64,000 nt of DNA from Longimicrobiales bacterium (GCA_965219445.1 CBDCNQ010000002.1:384001-448000); one strand, 5' to 3'; positions 50,487 through 61,153 are shown, counted from the first letter of the stretch. The notes: generated by a model from the sequence alone, not told the origin. Program-made: numbers and translations.

Positions 50487-52999
50487 TGGCGAAGAGAAAG
50501 AAAGCCACGCAGAAGTTGAAACGGGTCGAGGCGACGTCCTCTTCCGCTCAGGGCGTCCAGATTCCCCCGTGGGTGCCGGCGGTCCTCTACGGAGTTGTCA
50601 CGCTCTTTCTCTTCCGTGAATTCGTGTTCTCGCGAGACATGCTTTTTGGCACCGACACGTTGGCGCTCGGATACATGGCTCGGGAGTTTTACGCGAGCGC
50701 GATGTCGGGTGAAGGATTTCCGCTCTGGAATCCCATCATTCTGGGTGGGACGCCCTTTGTGGAGTCGCTCGCCGGCGGGGATTCACTCTACCCGCCGAGC
50801 ACCCTTCTCCTTTTGCTTCTGGATCCATATCGGGCCCTGGGGTGGAAGCTGGTGCTCCACTTTTTCCTCGCTGGAATCTTCATGTACGGTTGGATCCGCC
50901 GTCTCGGATTATCGAAGCCCTCGGCTCTCCTGGCTGGGCTGGCCTACGGATTGGCTCCGTTCATGGTCACGCTCGTCCTGGGAGGACAGGACGGCAAGAT
51001 CTTCGTAGTCGCGCTGACGCCACTCCTCTTTTGGGTTACTGAATCGTTCCTCGTCCGCGGTGGCATGAAATCGGTCGCCCTCGTGTCGTTGGTGGTCGGT
51101 GCGGTCATGCTCACGACGCACTTCCAGATGGCCTACTTCCTGTTCGGTGGTGTGGGGGCCTACGTCCTCTTCCGAACCGTGCTGATCCGGCGTGCGGGCC
51201 GGGACGAGGATGCTGGGGCCGGCGCCTCCCGAGTCGCCCTCACCCGCTTTGCGGTCTTCGTCGCGGCCGCTCTACTGGGTGCGGGGGTGGCGGCCGTCCA
51301 GTTCCTGCCGGCCGCCTCCTATGTCGTGGACCACTCGCGCCGGACGGCCACCACCACTGACGCGGGCGCTGAAGAATCCCGCGCGTACGCCAGTTCCTGG
51401 TCCCTCCACCCCGAGGAGGTAGTGGCGCTCGCCATCCCTGAGTTCGTCGGCGTCAGCTCCGCGAACGCGGATTGGGCTCGAGGAACGTACTGGGGACGAA
51501 ATCCGTTCAAGGGGAACCACGAATACGTCGGCCTCGTGGTTCTGCTTCTGGCGGGGGTCTCCTTCTTCGGAGGGGCTCGGCGGTCACTGAGGTTCTTTCT
51601 GTCGGGGCTCGGCGCCGTGGCGCTCCTTTTCGGCCTTGGCAGCCACACGCCGGTATGGCGTCTCTTCTATGAAATCGTACCAGGGATCGGACTCTTTCGA
51701 GCGCCTTCACTTGCCATCTTTCTCTTCGGTTTCTCGGTGGTGACGTTGATGGCCTTCGGTGTCGAGCGCCTCCTGGAGCTCGAGGAGGCAGGGAGTGAAG
51801 CAGACTGGACTCGGCCGGGGCGTTTCCTTTGGGTCGCCTCAGGCGTGCTCTTGATGGGATTCGTGCTCGTTGCTTCAGGCGGCCTCGGCGGATTGTGGAG
51901 CTTCACGCTCTATCGTGACATGCCGGAGCAGGCCGCACAGGTCCTCACCAACGCGCAGCCGTTCATCGAGCGTGGCTTCATGATTGCCGTGATCCTCGCC
52001 GCCGCGACGGCCGCCATCGCGTGGGGACTCAGAACGGCTCGACTCGCGTCGCTGGGGGCCGTAGTCGCATTGGGAACGCTCATCTCGTTGGACCTGATCC
52101 GCGTCGATATGCCGTTCATCCAGACCCAGGACTTCGCCCAGTTCCGAGCGCCGGACCCCAACATCGACTTTCTCCTGGAGCGACAGCGCGAGGGCGACCC
52201 GTTCCGCGTGTTTTCGCTCCGGGGGCTGAATGGGCAGGACGTCCGTCCCGGTATGTTCGGACTCGAACTGGCAGGCGGGCACCATCCGAATGACCTAGGA
52301 CGTTATCGGGAGCTCATCGGGATGGAGGGAAGTAACCTTCCGGTGAACCTGATCTCCAGCGCCAACGTTCTCCGCATGCTCAACGTGCGGTATGTCATTT
52401 GGCCGGATCAGGTTGGCGCTCCGGCGGACCAGAACTTGCCGGCGGACATCACCGACAACCTCCGCAGGATGAGTCAGACGACCATCCAGGGACGGCCCTA
52501 CGAGTCGGTGTGGGAGTTCTCGGACCTTCCGCGGGCTCGTCTCGTGGGCGACGTCGTGATCTTGCCGGACGACCAGGTTATGCCCCACATGCTTTCCGAC
52601 GACTTTGATCCCGCTCGACAGGTGGTGCTGTCGGATCCGCCTCCCATCGACCTCCCGGGTGGGGAAGTGGCGGGGAGTGTCGAGTGGGTGGAACGGAACA
52701 ACAATGACATGACACTCCGGGTGAGTGCCGACAGGCCGGCTGTCTTGGTCTTGGCCGACAACTGGTTCCCGGCATGGAGAGCACGGATCGGGGACGAAGA
52801 AGTCCCTGTACTGAGGGCGAATCACTCGCTGCGCGCTGTGCCGATATCGGCGGGCGAGCACACGGTGGAGTTCTACTACGAGTCCGACCAACTCACATGG
52901 AGTCTTCGACTCACGCTGCTCAGTCTGGCGGTGGTGGCTGGGTTGATTGCTATGGATGGGATCCTAGGCCGTCGGAGCGCGGAGCGCCGGGCCGAGTGA
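50486..52999 (+). CDS. YfhO-family (GT-C-like) polytopic membrane protein
   Basis: PLWNP...G.PF, many TMs, C-terminal LVLADNWFPAWRA...ANHSLRAV. Confidence 0.8.
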   Translation: MAKRKKATQKLKRVEATSSSAQGVQIPPWVPAVLYGVVTLFLFREFVFSRDMLFGTDTLALGYMAREFYASAMSGEGFPLWNPIILGGTPFVESLAGGDSLYPPSTLLLLLLDPYRALGWKLVLHFFLAGIFMYGWIRRLGLSKPSALLAGLAYGLAPFMVTLVLGGQDGKIFVVALTPLLFWVTESFLVRGGMKSVALVSLVVGAVMLTTHFQMAYFLFGGVGAYVLFRTVLIRRAGRDEDAGAGASRVALTRFAVFVAAALLGAGVAAVQFLPAASYVVDHSRRTATTTDAGAEESRAYASSWSLHPEEVVALAIPEFVGVSSANADWARGTYWGRNPFKGNHEYVGLVVLLLAGVSFFGGARRSLRFFLSGLGAVALLFGLGSHTPVWRLFYEIVPGIGLFRAPSLAIFLFGFSVVTLMAFGVERLLELEEAGSEADWTRPGRFLWVASGVLLMGFVLVASGGLGGLWSFTLYRDMPEQAAQVLTNAQPFIERGFMIAVILAAATAAIAWGLRTARLASLGAVVALGTLISLDLIRVDMPFIQTQDFAQFRAPDPNIDFLLERQREGDPFRVFSLRGLNGQDVRPGMFGLELAGGHHPNDLGRYRELIGMEGSNLPVNLISSANVLRMLNVRYVIWPDQVGAPADQNLPADITDNLRRMSQTTIQGRPYESVWEFSDLPRARLVGDVVILPDDQVMPHMLSDDFDPARQVVLSDPPPIDLPGGEVAGSVEWVERNNNDMTLRVSADRPAVLVLADNWFPAWRARIGDEEVPVLRANHSLRAVPISAGEHTVEFYYESDQLTWSLRLTLLSLAVVAGLIAMDGILGRRSAERRAE

Positions 53000-53943
53000 A
53001 GAGGTTCGGCCTTCGATTCCTCCAGGTCGGCCTGACCGTGGTCGTTACGTGGTTCATCTTCGATCGGATCGGGGTGGATCTCGCCCGGCTCGGGACGTTG
53101 AATCCTGACGAGTGGCGGCCCCGGCCGGGCCTCTTCTTGTCGTCATGTGTGGTTCTCGTTCTGGGTTATTTGTGGTCGGCCTCGATGTGGGGCCGGCTGG
53201 TGCGGGATTTGGGGGGGCCCAGTCTTCTCTTGGGGACCTCCGTCCGGGTGTTCATGGTGGCGAACCTGGGGCGCTATGTACCCGGAAAGGTTTGGCAGAT
53301 CGCCGGGCTCGCGTATCTGGCCAAGCGCGAAGGCGTCCAGGCGGGCGTGGCCACAGGCGCAGCGATTCTCGGGCAAGGGATCGCCATCTTGGCGGCCACT
53401 CTCGTGGGCATGGGAACGCTGTTCGGCGCCGACCAGTTCTGGCGGGAACTCGGATGGGTGGGGCTGATCGCTGGTATCGGAATCGCTCTGAGCATCATCG
53501 CCGCTGTCGTCATACGACCGGTCTTTCGCCGCGTCGTCGCGTTTTGGTTCCGACTCACGCGCACGGATCCTCCGGATAACGGCCTGGGGAGCGGAAACGC
53601 CGGTCTCCGCTGGTTGGCCCTCTACGTGGTGAATTGGGGGATCTACGCGACGGCTTTTTGGCTACTTTACCTGAGCTTCGGGGAGTGGCGGACGTTTCTG
53701 CAGGTGGGTCCGGCCTTCGCGGCCGCGTATGTGGCCGGGTATATCGCGGTTTTCGCGCCAGCGGGAGCCGGGATTCGGGAGGGGGTCTTGGTGGTCTTGC
53801 TCCAACCAATCATGGCGAGGGAAGCCGCGGTCGTACTCGCCGTCATCGCTCGTCTCTGGACGACCGTCGTAGAGCTGATCCCGGCAGCGATCTTTGCCGT
53901 GGGTTCGCAGCGATCCCAACAGACGGGGGACACAACGCCATGA
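52996..53943 (+). CDS. lysylphosphatidylglycerol synthase TM-domain (flippase-like) protein
   Basis: NLGRYVPGKVW, PAGAGIREG. Confidence 0.8.
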   Translation: MKRFGLRFLQVGLTVVVTWFIFDRIGVDLARLGTLNPDEWRPRPGLFLSSCVVLVLGYLWSASMWGRLVRDLGGPSLLLGTSVRVFMVANLGRYVPGKVWQIAGLAYLAKREGVQAGVATGAAILGQGIAILAATLVGMGTLFGADQFWRELGWVGLIAGIGIALSIIAAVVIRPVFRRVVAFWFRLTRTDPPDNGLGSGNAGLRWLALYVVNWGIYATAFWLLYLSFGEWRTFLQVGPAFAAAYVAGYIAVFAPAGAGIREGVLVVLLQPIMAREAAVVLAVIARLWTTVVELIPAAIFAVGSQRSQQTGDTTP

Positions 53944-54671
53944 ACGATCAGGATGCGCGCTTCGTCGTGATCGTTCCCACGTATAATGAGGCGGACAACC
54001 TACCCCGTATCGTCCCTTGCATCCTCGAACAGGACCCACGGATCGATGTGCTCGTGGTGGACGATCACTCGCCCGACGGTACCGGTGATCTCGCGGACGC
54101 TCTGAGCCACGAATTCGATCGCGTGAATGTGATTCACCGATCGGGTAAACAAGGGCTTGGGAAGGCCTATATAGAGGGTTTTCTTTGGGGTTTGGAGCGG
54201 GACTACGCGCTCTTCTTCGAGATGGACGCGGATTTTTCCCATCGCCCGAGTGCTCTGCCGCGTTTCATCGACAAGGCCCGGGACTTCGAAGTCGTTCTCG
54301 GATCTCGTTACCTCGGGGGGCGTGTTACGGTGATCAATTGGCCCATGAGCCGCCTCCTCATCAGTTACTTCGGGGGCTGGTATGCCCGATTCGTGACGCG
54401 CCTTCCCGTGCGGGACGCCACCGGCGGCTTCAACTGCTGGCGTCGAGAGGTCCTGGAGGCCCTGGACTTTGAGCAAATAGAGTCCAACGGGTACACGTTC
54501 CAGATCGAGCTCAAGCTCCGGGCCTGGCGTAAGGGATTTACCCTTGCCGAGATCCCGATCGTCTTCGAGGAGCGGGAGTCGGGTGAGTCGAAAATGTCGA
54601 AAAAGATCGTCCGCGAGGCGATATGGAAGGTGTGGAAGCTGAGATTTCTCGATCTATTCGGACGCCTATAG
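53940..54671 (+). CDS. polyprenol-phosphate mannose synthase (DPM1-like)
   Basis: PTYNEADN, DDHSPDGTG, EMDADFSH, DATGGF, GESKMS. Confidence 0.9.
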   Translation: MNDQDARFVVIVPTYNEADNLPRIVPCILEQDPRIDVLVVDDHSPDGTGDLADALSHEFDRVNVIHRSGKQGLGKAYIEGFLWGLERDYALFFEMDADFSHRPSALPRFIDKARDFEVVLGSRYLGGRVTVINWPMSRLLISYFGGWYARFVTRLPVRDATGGFNCWRREVLEALDFEQIESNGYTFQIELKLRAWRKGFTLAEIPIVFEERESGESKMSKKIVREAIWKVWKLRFLDLFGRL

Positions 54672-54695
54672 AGGCCTGTCGAAGAAGCCTCTCAT

Positions 54696-54895
54696 TGGTT
54701 GGTACGTATGAGGTCATGCCCCGTTGGGGGCGCATGAATTGGCTGAAGGTCGGCTGGGGACGGGAGCCGGTGATCATCCGGTACGGGGAGCCGATCCAGT
54801 TCGGGAGACACGATGATCGAGCAAGCCGCGAGCGAGCACGACCCAAGGCAACGGTGAGACTCGAGAACGCGTTACGGTCGGTGATGGCACAATGA
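54696..54895 (+). pseudogene. possible C-terminal remnant of a lysophospholipid acyltransferase
   Basis: VGTYEVMPR...PVIIRYGEPI resembles PlsC C-terminus; no catalytic HxxxxD region. Confidence 0.4.
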
Positions 54896-55593
54896 CCGAG
54901 GAGAGAATTGGTCGCGAGTTCTACGATCGGGGCGAGTACTTCGAGGGAGGGACCGAACACCTCCAGGATCTCGATAGTCCTTTCCAGAGATACCGGATCG
55001 ACAAAGTGCTCCAGATCTACGAGCCCGGTCCGGAGGAGCGAGTGTTGGATCTCGGGTGTGGGTGGGGCACGTTCTGCTGGGTGCTCGGCCCGCGGGTCGC
55101 TGAGATGGTAGGGGTGGACTTCAGTCGGAAGAGCATCGAGCTGTGCGAAAATCGGCTGGCCCGCTCAGCGCTCGAAGGCGTGTCCTTCCTCTGTGCGGAT
55201 GCTCGAGACACGGGGCTGGAGGCGAAGAGCTTCGACCTCGTGATCTGTGCGGACCTCGTCGAGCACCTTTATCCGGACGACTCACGGGCCGTGATTGCTG
55301 AGGCATTCAGGGTCCTGAAGAGGGGGGGACGGCTCAGTCTATGGACTCCACATCGAGGGCATTTCTTAGAGATGCTCAAGGCGCGGAATATCCTTCTTCG
55401 GCGCGACGTGAGCCACGTGGATTACAAGTCGATGGAGCGCCTGGAGACGTTGGTAGAAAGTGAGGGATTCGATTTGGAGAGGGCGTATTACACGGAATCC
55501 CATATCGGTGGGCTGCGACGAATCGAACGAGCGTTTCAAGGATGGGTTCCGTTTCTGAGGCGCCGCATCGCCCTCCTGGCTAGGAAGCCTTGA
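54892..55593 (+). CDS. class I SAM-dependent methyltransferase
   Basis: VLDLGCGWG, GVDFS, FDLV...LVEH, RVLKRGG. Confidence 0.88.
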   Translation: MTEERIGREFYDRGEYFEGGTEHLQDLDSPFQRYRIDKVLQIYEPGPEERVLDLGCGWGTFCWVLGPRVAEMVGVDFSRKSIELCENRLARSALEGVSFLCADARDTGLEAKSFDLVICADLVEHLYPDDSRAVIAEAFRVLKRGGRLSLWTPHRGHFLEMLKARNILLRRDVSHVDYKSMERLETLVESEGFDLERAYYTESHIGGLRRIERAFQGWVPFLRRRIALLARKP

Positions 55594-55678
55594 TCTCCCC
55601 ATGTTGTGCTCCAGGGTCTTCCGAAGGGTCGGGGTTGGCATGGAACGCTGTGGGCGTGTGATCTCTATAGAACATGAT

Positions 55679-56245
55679 ATGAGATATGCTAAGATACGTA
55701 TACACAAGTATTTACATAGTATTGTAATCACGTTGGTCGCTGGGGCGGTCACGACGTGTGTGCCGCTGGGCCTAGGGCCATCGGGGCCCGGATTGACGTC
55801 CCCGGATGGGCTCAGATTGAACGAGATCCCGGATGCCATCCCCCAGGCAGAGTTCAAGAGCCGATTGGGCAATCCCGAGACATACGTCATCGATGGGGTC
55901 ACGTACCGGGTTTTGGACACGAGCGCGGGATACCGAGAGGAAGGCCTGGCGTCTTGGTATGGGGGGTATTTCCACGGGCGACCTACGTCCTCGGGCGATA
56001 TTTACGACATGTACCTGATGACGGCGGCCCACAGAAGTCTGCCACTTCCGACCTACGTTCGGGTCACGCATCTAGGGAACGGAAGATCTGTCGTCCTGCG
56101 GGTAAACGACCGGGGACCCTTTATAGATGATCGGATCATCGATCTGTCGTTTACCGCCGCGACAAAGCTGGGGATGGCAGAGCTGGGAACGGCCCGCGTG
56201 GAAGTGGTCGCGCTGGATCCTCCCGCGCGGGATCGGGCTCCGTAG
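55679..56245 (+). CDS. rlpA: RlpA-family lytic transglycosylase
   Basis: GLASWYG..FHG, TAAHRSLPLP, VNDRGPF...RIIDLS; start uncertain. Confidence 0.88.
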   Translation: MRYAKIRIHKYLHSIVITLVAGAVTTCVPLGLGPSGPGLTSPDGLRLNEIPDAIPQAEFKSRLGNPETYVIDGVTYRVLDTSAGYREEGLASWYGGYFHGRPTSSGDIYDMYLMTAAHRSLPLPTYVRVTHLGNGRSVVLRVNDRGPFIDDRIIDLSFTAATKLGMAELGTARVEVVALDPPARDRAP

Positions 56246-56300
56246 GAGGGGCCGGAGGGGAGGGCCTGAGGTGGATAAAGGGTTCAGACGGGAATCACCA

Positions 56301-56328
56301 AGTTAACATAATATATATTATACGAAGT
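56301..56328 (-). other. dif site (XerC/XerD)
   Basis: Minus strand ACTTCGTATAA-TATATA-TTATGTTAACT, 11-6-11 layout with canonical XerD arm; AT-rich island in GC-rich intergenic DNA. Confidence 0.88.
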
Positions 56329-56455
56329 TTGTTGGAAAAACTGGATCGACAACACGGTCCATGGCCAGACGAGAGCTCAGAGTCCCCTCTGACCCTGTCA
56401 TCGCCCTGAGGGGCTAGCGACGATGATGCGAACCCTCCATCAAGTCGTCGCCAAA

Positions 56456-56713
56456 ATGCCCGTCATCAGTCGTTTCTATGGTCTTGTCGTGTTCATGAAC
56501 TACCGCGATCACGACCCCCCACACGTCCACGCCCGATGCCAAGACGCCGAAGTCGTGGTCCACATCGCGTCAGGCGACGTTGTCGGCGAGTTTCCTCATC
56601 GACCGTTGCGCTTACTCCTCGAGTGGGTTGATCTTCACCGTGGGGAGCTCGAGGTGAATTGGAACCGTGCTCGAGAGCACAGACACCTCTTGCCAGTGGA
56701 GCCTCTTTCATGA
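56456..56713 (+). CDS. DUF4160-family protein (putative toxin)
   Basis: MPVISRFYGLVVFM...DHDPPHVHA. Confidence 0.85.
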   Translation: MPVISRFYGLVVFMNYRDHDPPHVHARCQDAEVVVHIASGDVVGEFPHRPLRLLLEWVDLHRGELEVNWNRAREHRHLLPVEPLS

Positions 56714-56964
56714 TCACGAACATGCTTCTGCACGTAACAGCGGTGGAGTGCGTTGGGCCCCACACGCTCCGGGTGTGGTTCGATGATGACACCGTCAAAG
56801 ACGTCGATCTCACAGGCGAGTTGTGGGGCGAAGTTTTCGAACCGCTGAAGGACCCCGAGTTCTTCCGGCAGGCCTCGGTGAACCCCGAGACCGGCACCGT
56901 GGAATGGCCGAACGGGGCGGATCTGGCTCCTGGCTTCCTTCACGACCGGGGTGTCTCGGTTTAG
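56710..56964 (+). CDS. DUF2442-family protein (putative antitoxin)
   Basis: L.VWFDD...DL..EL.GEVFEPLKD..FF...GTVEWPNGADLAP. Confidence 0.85.
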   Translation: MITNMLLHVTAVECVGPHTLRVWFDDDTVKDVDLTGELWGEVFEPLKDPEFFRQASVNPETGTVEWPNGADLAPGFLHDRGVSV

Positions 56965-57128
56965 AGGATCTTGATGGCCACCCTATCCTATCCTTCGTGC
57001 GCCAAGTCGTAGCTGGTTGCGACTACCGCGGGAAACGAGCGGAGCGGCCTTCGCCCGGGCATCGACCCATTTCCGGCCGAATTCAGACGATCGGCTGGGC
57101 CATCACTTGTGGGGACCGGGCAACCTCC

Positions 57129-57824
57129 TCAGGAAACGAACCCGCGTACCTCGGAAAGGCGGAGCTCGTACAGGCCCTTCTCCGGGTCGTCGTCTTCAAA
57201 GGTCTCCAGGATTCTCTCGTAGAGCTCCGCGGCACCGGCGACATCCTGCTGACGTCTCCTGGCTCGAGCTGCGTTGCTCAGCGCCTCCCGGATCTGAAAG
57301 TCGAACTCGGCCCGATCGGCGACTTCGAGGTAGGTGTCTTCGGCTTCGGACCATCGACCTTGATGCTCGTAGGCGCGCGCCAATAGAGAGTTGGCTTGGA
57401 TTCCGATGGGATCTCTGAAGCTGAGGTCGGCGCGTTCGAGAACGCTGATCGCCACCGGGGCATCGCCCGATTCGAGGTGCAGCCGGCCGAGCAGGATCAC
57501 CGCCTCCCGAGCCTGATCCGTACCTCCGAACGACTCCAAGAACGTGCTCAACTGGGCCTTGGCGTCCTCTGTTGCGGAGATGGAGATCGTCTGGTGAATC
57601 GACTCCAGACGGTTCACGGCCTGAATCCTCAGTGACCGCTGGAAGTTCACGTAATAGATGCTACCGGCCACCAGGAGTCCCACTGCTACCCCGACGAGCG
57701 TGAGAGCTTGCCGGTGTGTCCTCGCCCACTCGGAAAAATCAATAACGCCTGCGACGAACACATCGTCTTTCTCCTGCGGTGTTTGGGGTGCACGCCGGGC
57801 CGAGGGATGCTTACGCTTGGACAT
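57129..57824 (-). CDS. YfgM-like membrane-anchored TPR protein
   Basis: Single TM followed by TPR helices. Confidence 0.7.
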   Translation of the reverse strand: MSKRKHPSARRAPQTPQEKDDVFVAGVIDFSEWARTHRQALTLVGVAVGLLVAGSIYYVNFQRSLRIQAVNRLESIHQTISISATEDAKAQLSTFLESFGGTDQAREAVILLGRLHLESGDAPVAISVLERADLSFRDPIGIQANSLLARAYEHQGRWSEAEDTYLEVADRAEFDFQIREALSNAARARRRQQDVAGAAELYERILETFEDDDPEKGLYELRLSEVRGFVS

Positions 57825-57892
57825 ATGACCGATTCAACTCCGTGAAGTATCCGCTAAAGTACTGAAAAACCTATCCTTAGGACTAGTGAGGG

Positions 57893-58588
57893 TCAACGGG
57901 CGGCCAGCTTCCTCTTCCGCTTTCTGGAAGCCTCGGTACCCGCCTTTCTGAGCGTCCCGGGTTTGTTGACGATGAGGCCCCGCGGCTGCTGTTTGAGCAC
58001 ACCGTCATAGATCCAGTCATTGATTGCGGTCGTCACCGTACAGCGATGAGCGCCCGCGAGGTCCGCGAGCTCTTTATGTGTAAACCAATGGTCGAGTTTG
58101 ATCCGTCGTCCGTCATCCACTCCGAAACGGTACGCGAGGTCCAGGAGTACGTCCGCAATTCGGGCCTTGGAGGAAAAGCCGGAAGACAGTGAGATGAGGC
58201 GGGCCTCCGCCAGGTCGTGGTCGTTGCTGCGCAGGAATTGCGAGAGGGTCTTGGGCGATGCCCGGAGCGCCTTGAAAACGGCAGCACCGTTCAAGGGGAT
58301 GACCGTACAGCCCGACCCCGCGATGGCCGTGTAGCGTCGAGGCACGTCGAGCGTCACGGCCTCGATACCCAGCAATTCTCGGGGTCCCGCGATTCCGACG
58401 ACGCGACCGCGCTCGGCGCCCGTCCTCGGAAGAGTCAAACAGACGTGCCCCTCCTGAATCAATAACACGAGCGCCGAGGATTCACCTTGCTGGTAGACGA
58501 CGCCCCCCTTTCGGTATGCCACGGGCGTCGCTGCCTTGATCAGGGCATTGAGCTTGCGGTCCCGCCGCGGGATCACCTGGAGAGGCAT
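57893..58588 (-). CDS. Crp/Fnr-family transcriptional regulator
   Basis: cNMP-binding-like N-terminus; THKELADLAGAHRCTVT HTH. Confidence 0.85.
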   Translation of the reverse strand: MPLQVIPRRDRKLNALIKAATPVAYRKGGVVYQQGESSALVLLIQEGHVCLTLPRTGAERGRVVGIAGPRELLGIEAVTLDVPRRYTAIAGSGCTVIPLNGAAVFKALRASPKTLSQFLRSNDHDLAEARLISLSSGFSSKARIADVLLDLAYRFGVDDGRRIKLDHWFTHKELADLAGAHRCTVTTAINDWIYDGVLKQQPRGLIVNKPGTLRKAGTEASRKRKRKLAAR

Positions 58589-58600
58589 GTCGGCGGCTCC

Positions 58601-59815
58601 CTAAGCATGTTCCGGCTTTCGATGGAGCCGGAGCGTGGGATGAAAGGCCAAGGCCGTTCCAATCAAGAGGAGTGGAAGCGAGGCGATCGCCCCGGGCCGG
58701 GGCCCGATAGCATCACCCAGAAAGCCGAAGCCGATCACGGCTACCGAACCCGCGGCCCACGCCAAACCCATGACGATCCCGGAGCCCACGCCCTTGCTAT
58801 CGGGCAAGATTTCTTGCGCCAGCACGATGACGGGAGGCATGAGCGCCAGGTTGAGACATCCTGCGACGGCGGCAAACAACAGCATCAACGGGGATCCGGC
58901 CGGCAGCCAGAACGCGAACAAATGAGCCGGAAGAGCCAGGGCCGTCAAGCCGGCGAGGAGATACGTGCGGTCCATGCGGTCCGTGAGTACACCCCCCACG
59001 ATGGTGCCGACGGCCTGACCGGCCAGATAGACGCTCAAGACCAGAGCGCCAGTCGCCTCGGAGACGCCGTCCTCGAAGGAGATGATCGGTGACAGGGTCA
59101 GGAACAGGCGCTGAATGAACCCGCTCAGTGCGCTGATCACGAAGATCACACCCAGTGGGCCGCGAAGAGTCCGGAGCACGTCCATGGGCGGCGAAGGAAA
59201 CGCGGCATCCGGATGGGGTCTGTCCGCCGGGAGGACCATGAAAAGCACGCCGCACACAGCGATCGCCGGTATCATGGCAATCCACATGCCCCTCAGGCCG
59301 GTCATGGATACCAGCCCGACAACGGCCAATGGTCCGACCGCGAATCCGAACAACCCACCGAAGGCGAAGATGGACATCCGCAGGCCACTCCCCTTCCCTT
59401 CCGCGGCTCCCCCCGACGCCGCGGCCCCCGGTGGATGAAACGCCGCGCTGCCCATCCCCCCAGCAATCAGAATGAGAGCCAATACCTCGACGGACGGTGC
59501 GAGTCCGATGAGCGAGAGAAAGACGCCTGAAACCAGGGGTCCACCGATCACGAAGAGTTTGCGCCCGTATCGATCGGCCAGGTACCCTGCGGCGGGCTGA
59601 AGAAGCGAGGCGGCGAGAGACCACGTCATCGCCAGACTCGCGGCTACTGCGATGGACATCCCCAGGTTCTCCATGAGCCGAGGGAGGAGCGGGCTGAGGA
59701 AGGACGAATACGCGTCGTTGATGAAGTGAGCGATGCCGACGGCGATCACGATGCGGCGGGTCCCGCCCCGGGAGACGAGGTGCGGGTCGGATCTCTCGAT
59801 GTTGGTGACGTACAT
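58601..59815 (-). CDS. MFS transporter (Fsr-like)
   Basis: HFINDAY...PLLP, QP.AGYLADRYGR, AFHPP. Confidence 0.88.
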   Translation of the reverse strand: MYVTNIERSDPHLVSRGGTRRIVIAVGIAHFINDAYSSFLSPLLPRLMENLGMSIAVAASLAMTWSLAASLLQPAAGYLADRYGRKLFVIGGPLVSGVFLSLIGLAPSVEVLALILIAGGMGSAAFHPPGAAASGGAAEGKGSGLRMSIFAFGGLFGFAVGPLAVVGLVSMTGLRGMWIAMIPAIAVCGVLFMVLPADRPHPDAAFPSPPMDVLRTLRGPLGVIFVISALSGFIQRLFLTLSPIISFEDGVSEATGALVLSVYLAGQAVGTIVGGVLTDRMDRTYLLAGLTALALPAHLFAFWLPAGSPLMLLFAAVAGCLNLALMPPVIVLAQEILPDSKGVGSGIVMGLAWAAGSVAVIGFGFLGDAIGPRPGAIASLPLLLIGTALAFHPTLRLHRKPEHA

Positions 59816-59993
59816 GTCGGGAGGTTACACGGCTCGGTGTAGGAGCGCTACCTGGCTCACGGACTTGGGGACTGGCCTGGCAGGCGAGCCTGGTCACCCC
59901 TATGGTTGGGCCCGGAATCGGGGGAGCCCCTGGCGCGACGAGTTCACCGAGGGGGGCGCGTGCCCTCGCGGCCAGGACGTACGGGAGAGGATC

Positions 59994-60362
59994 ATGGAGC
60001 GATTTTTTGCGGTCGCTGGTGCCGTTGCGGCGATGATCGCGGTAATTCTGGGGGCGTTCGGCGCCCACGGGCTGCGAGGCCGGTTGAGCCCCGCAGATCT
60101 GGAAATATTCGAGACGGGCGTGCGATATCACATGTACCACGCACTCGGACTCTTCGCCGTGGCGTGGGCCGCCTCTCGGTGGCCGTCGGGGGCGACAACG
60201 CTCGCGGGATGGTTGCTGATCGTCGGGATCGTCGTTTTCTCGGGAAGCTTGTACACGCTGGTGCTCACGGGGCAGCGCTGGCTCGGAGCCGTCACACCGG
60301 TGGGAGGACTCGCCCTGGCAGCGGGCTGGGCTGCTCTGGCCTGGGCTGCGCTGCGCAGCTGA
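59994..60362 (+). CDS. DUF423 membrane protein
   Basis: LGAFGAHGL, YHMYHAL, FSGSLY, GAVTPVGG. Confidence 0.9.
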   Translation: MERFFAVAGAVAAMIAVILGAFGAHGLRGRLSPADLEIFETGVRYHMYHALGLFAVAWAASRWPSGATTLAGWLLIVGIVVFSGSLYTLVLTGQRWLGAVTPVGGLALAAGWAALAWAALRS

Positions 60363-60364
60363 CA

Positions 60365-61153
60365 ATGGATCAGGCGCGCCGGCTGATGGACTCGGCCCGC
60401 CGGATCCTGGTCCTCACCGGCGCGGGAGTGAGCGCCGAGTCGGGGGTTCCAACGTTTCGGGGCCGGGACGGCCTTTGGGGGAAGCACAGGCCGGAGGAAC
60501 TGGCGACCCCTCAAGCCTTTGCGGCCGATCCGAGGCTCGTGTGGGAGTGGTACGGATGGCGGAGAGAGCTCGTGGGGGCCTGCCGCCCCAACCCAGCGCA
60601 CGCGGCGATCGCCCGCCTGACCCTCAGGAACGAAGATGCTCGACTGGTGACCCAAAACGTGGACGGTTTCCACGAACTGGCCCTCGAAGAGGCTGCATCC
60701 GAATGGCATTCCCCAACAGACTCAGTCGCTCGAGCCGAGCCGATTCGTCTCCACGGCTCCCTGTTTCACACGCGCTGCACGGGATGTGACGATCGGACCT
60801 CGGATCGCCATCGGGTCGACACCGAGAGCGAAGCATCGTTGCCACGGTGTAAGAAGTGCGCGGCACTTCTGCGGCCGGACGTCGTCTGGTTTGGAGAGGG
60901 GCTCGATCCCGAGGTCCTAGGCAATGCGACGGATTCGGCGGAGAGCGCGGACGTTTGCTTGGTCGTGGGCACCAGCGGGATCGTACACCCTGCCGCCTCC
61001 CTGCCGCTCCTGACGAAAGAATCGGGGGGCGTGGTCGTGGAGGTGAACCCGGAGCCGACCCCATTGACCGAAATCGCCACCTCGAGCATTCGAGGCCGAG
61101 CCGGGCAGATTCTGCCAAGACTGCTCAGGATCGAGCCGGAACCTAAATGTTGA
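60365..61153 (+). CDS. cobB: NAD-dependent protein deacylase (sirtuin)
   Basis: TGAGVSAESGVPTFRG, TQNVDG.H, HGS, RPDVVWFGE, VGTSG.V.PAA. Confidence 0.92.
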   Translation: MDQARRLMDSARRILVLTGAGVSAESGVPTFRGRDGLWGKHRPEELATPQAFAADPRLVWEWYGWRRELVGACRPNPAHAAIARLTLRNEDARLVTQNVDGFHELALEEAASEWHSPTDSVARAEPIRLHGSLFHTRCTGCDDRTSDRHRVDTESEASLPRCKKCAALLRPDVVWFGEGLDPEVLGNATDSAESADVCLVVGTSGIVHPAASLPLLTKESGGVVVEVNPEPTPLTEIATSSIRGRAGQILPRLLRIEPEPKC

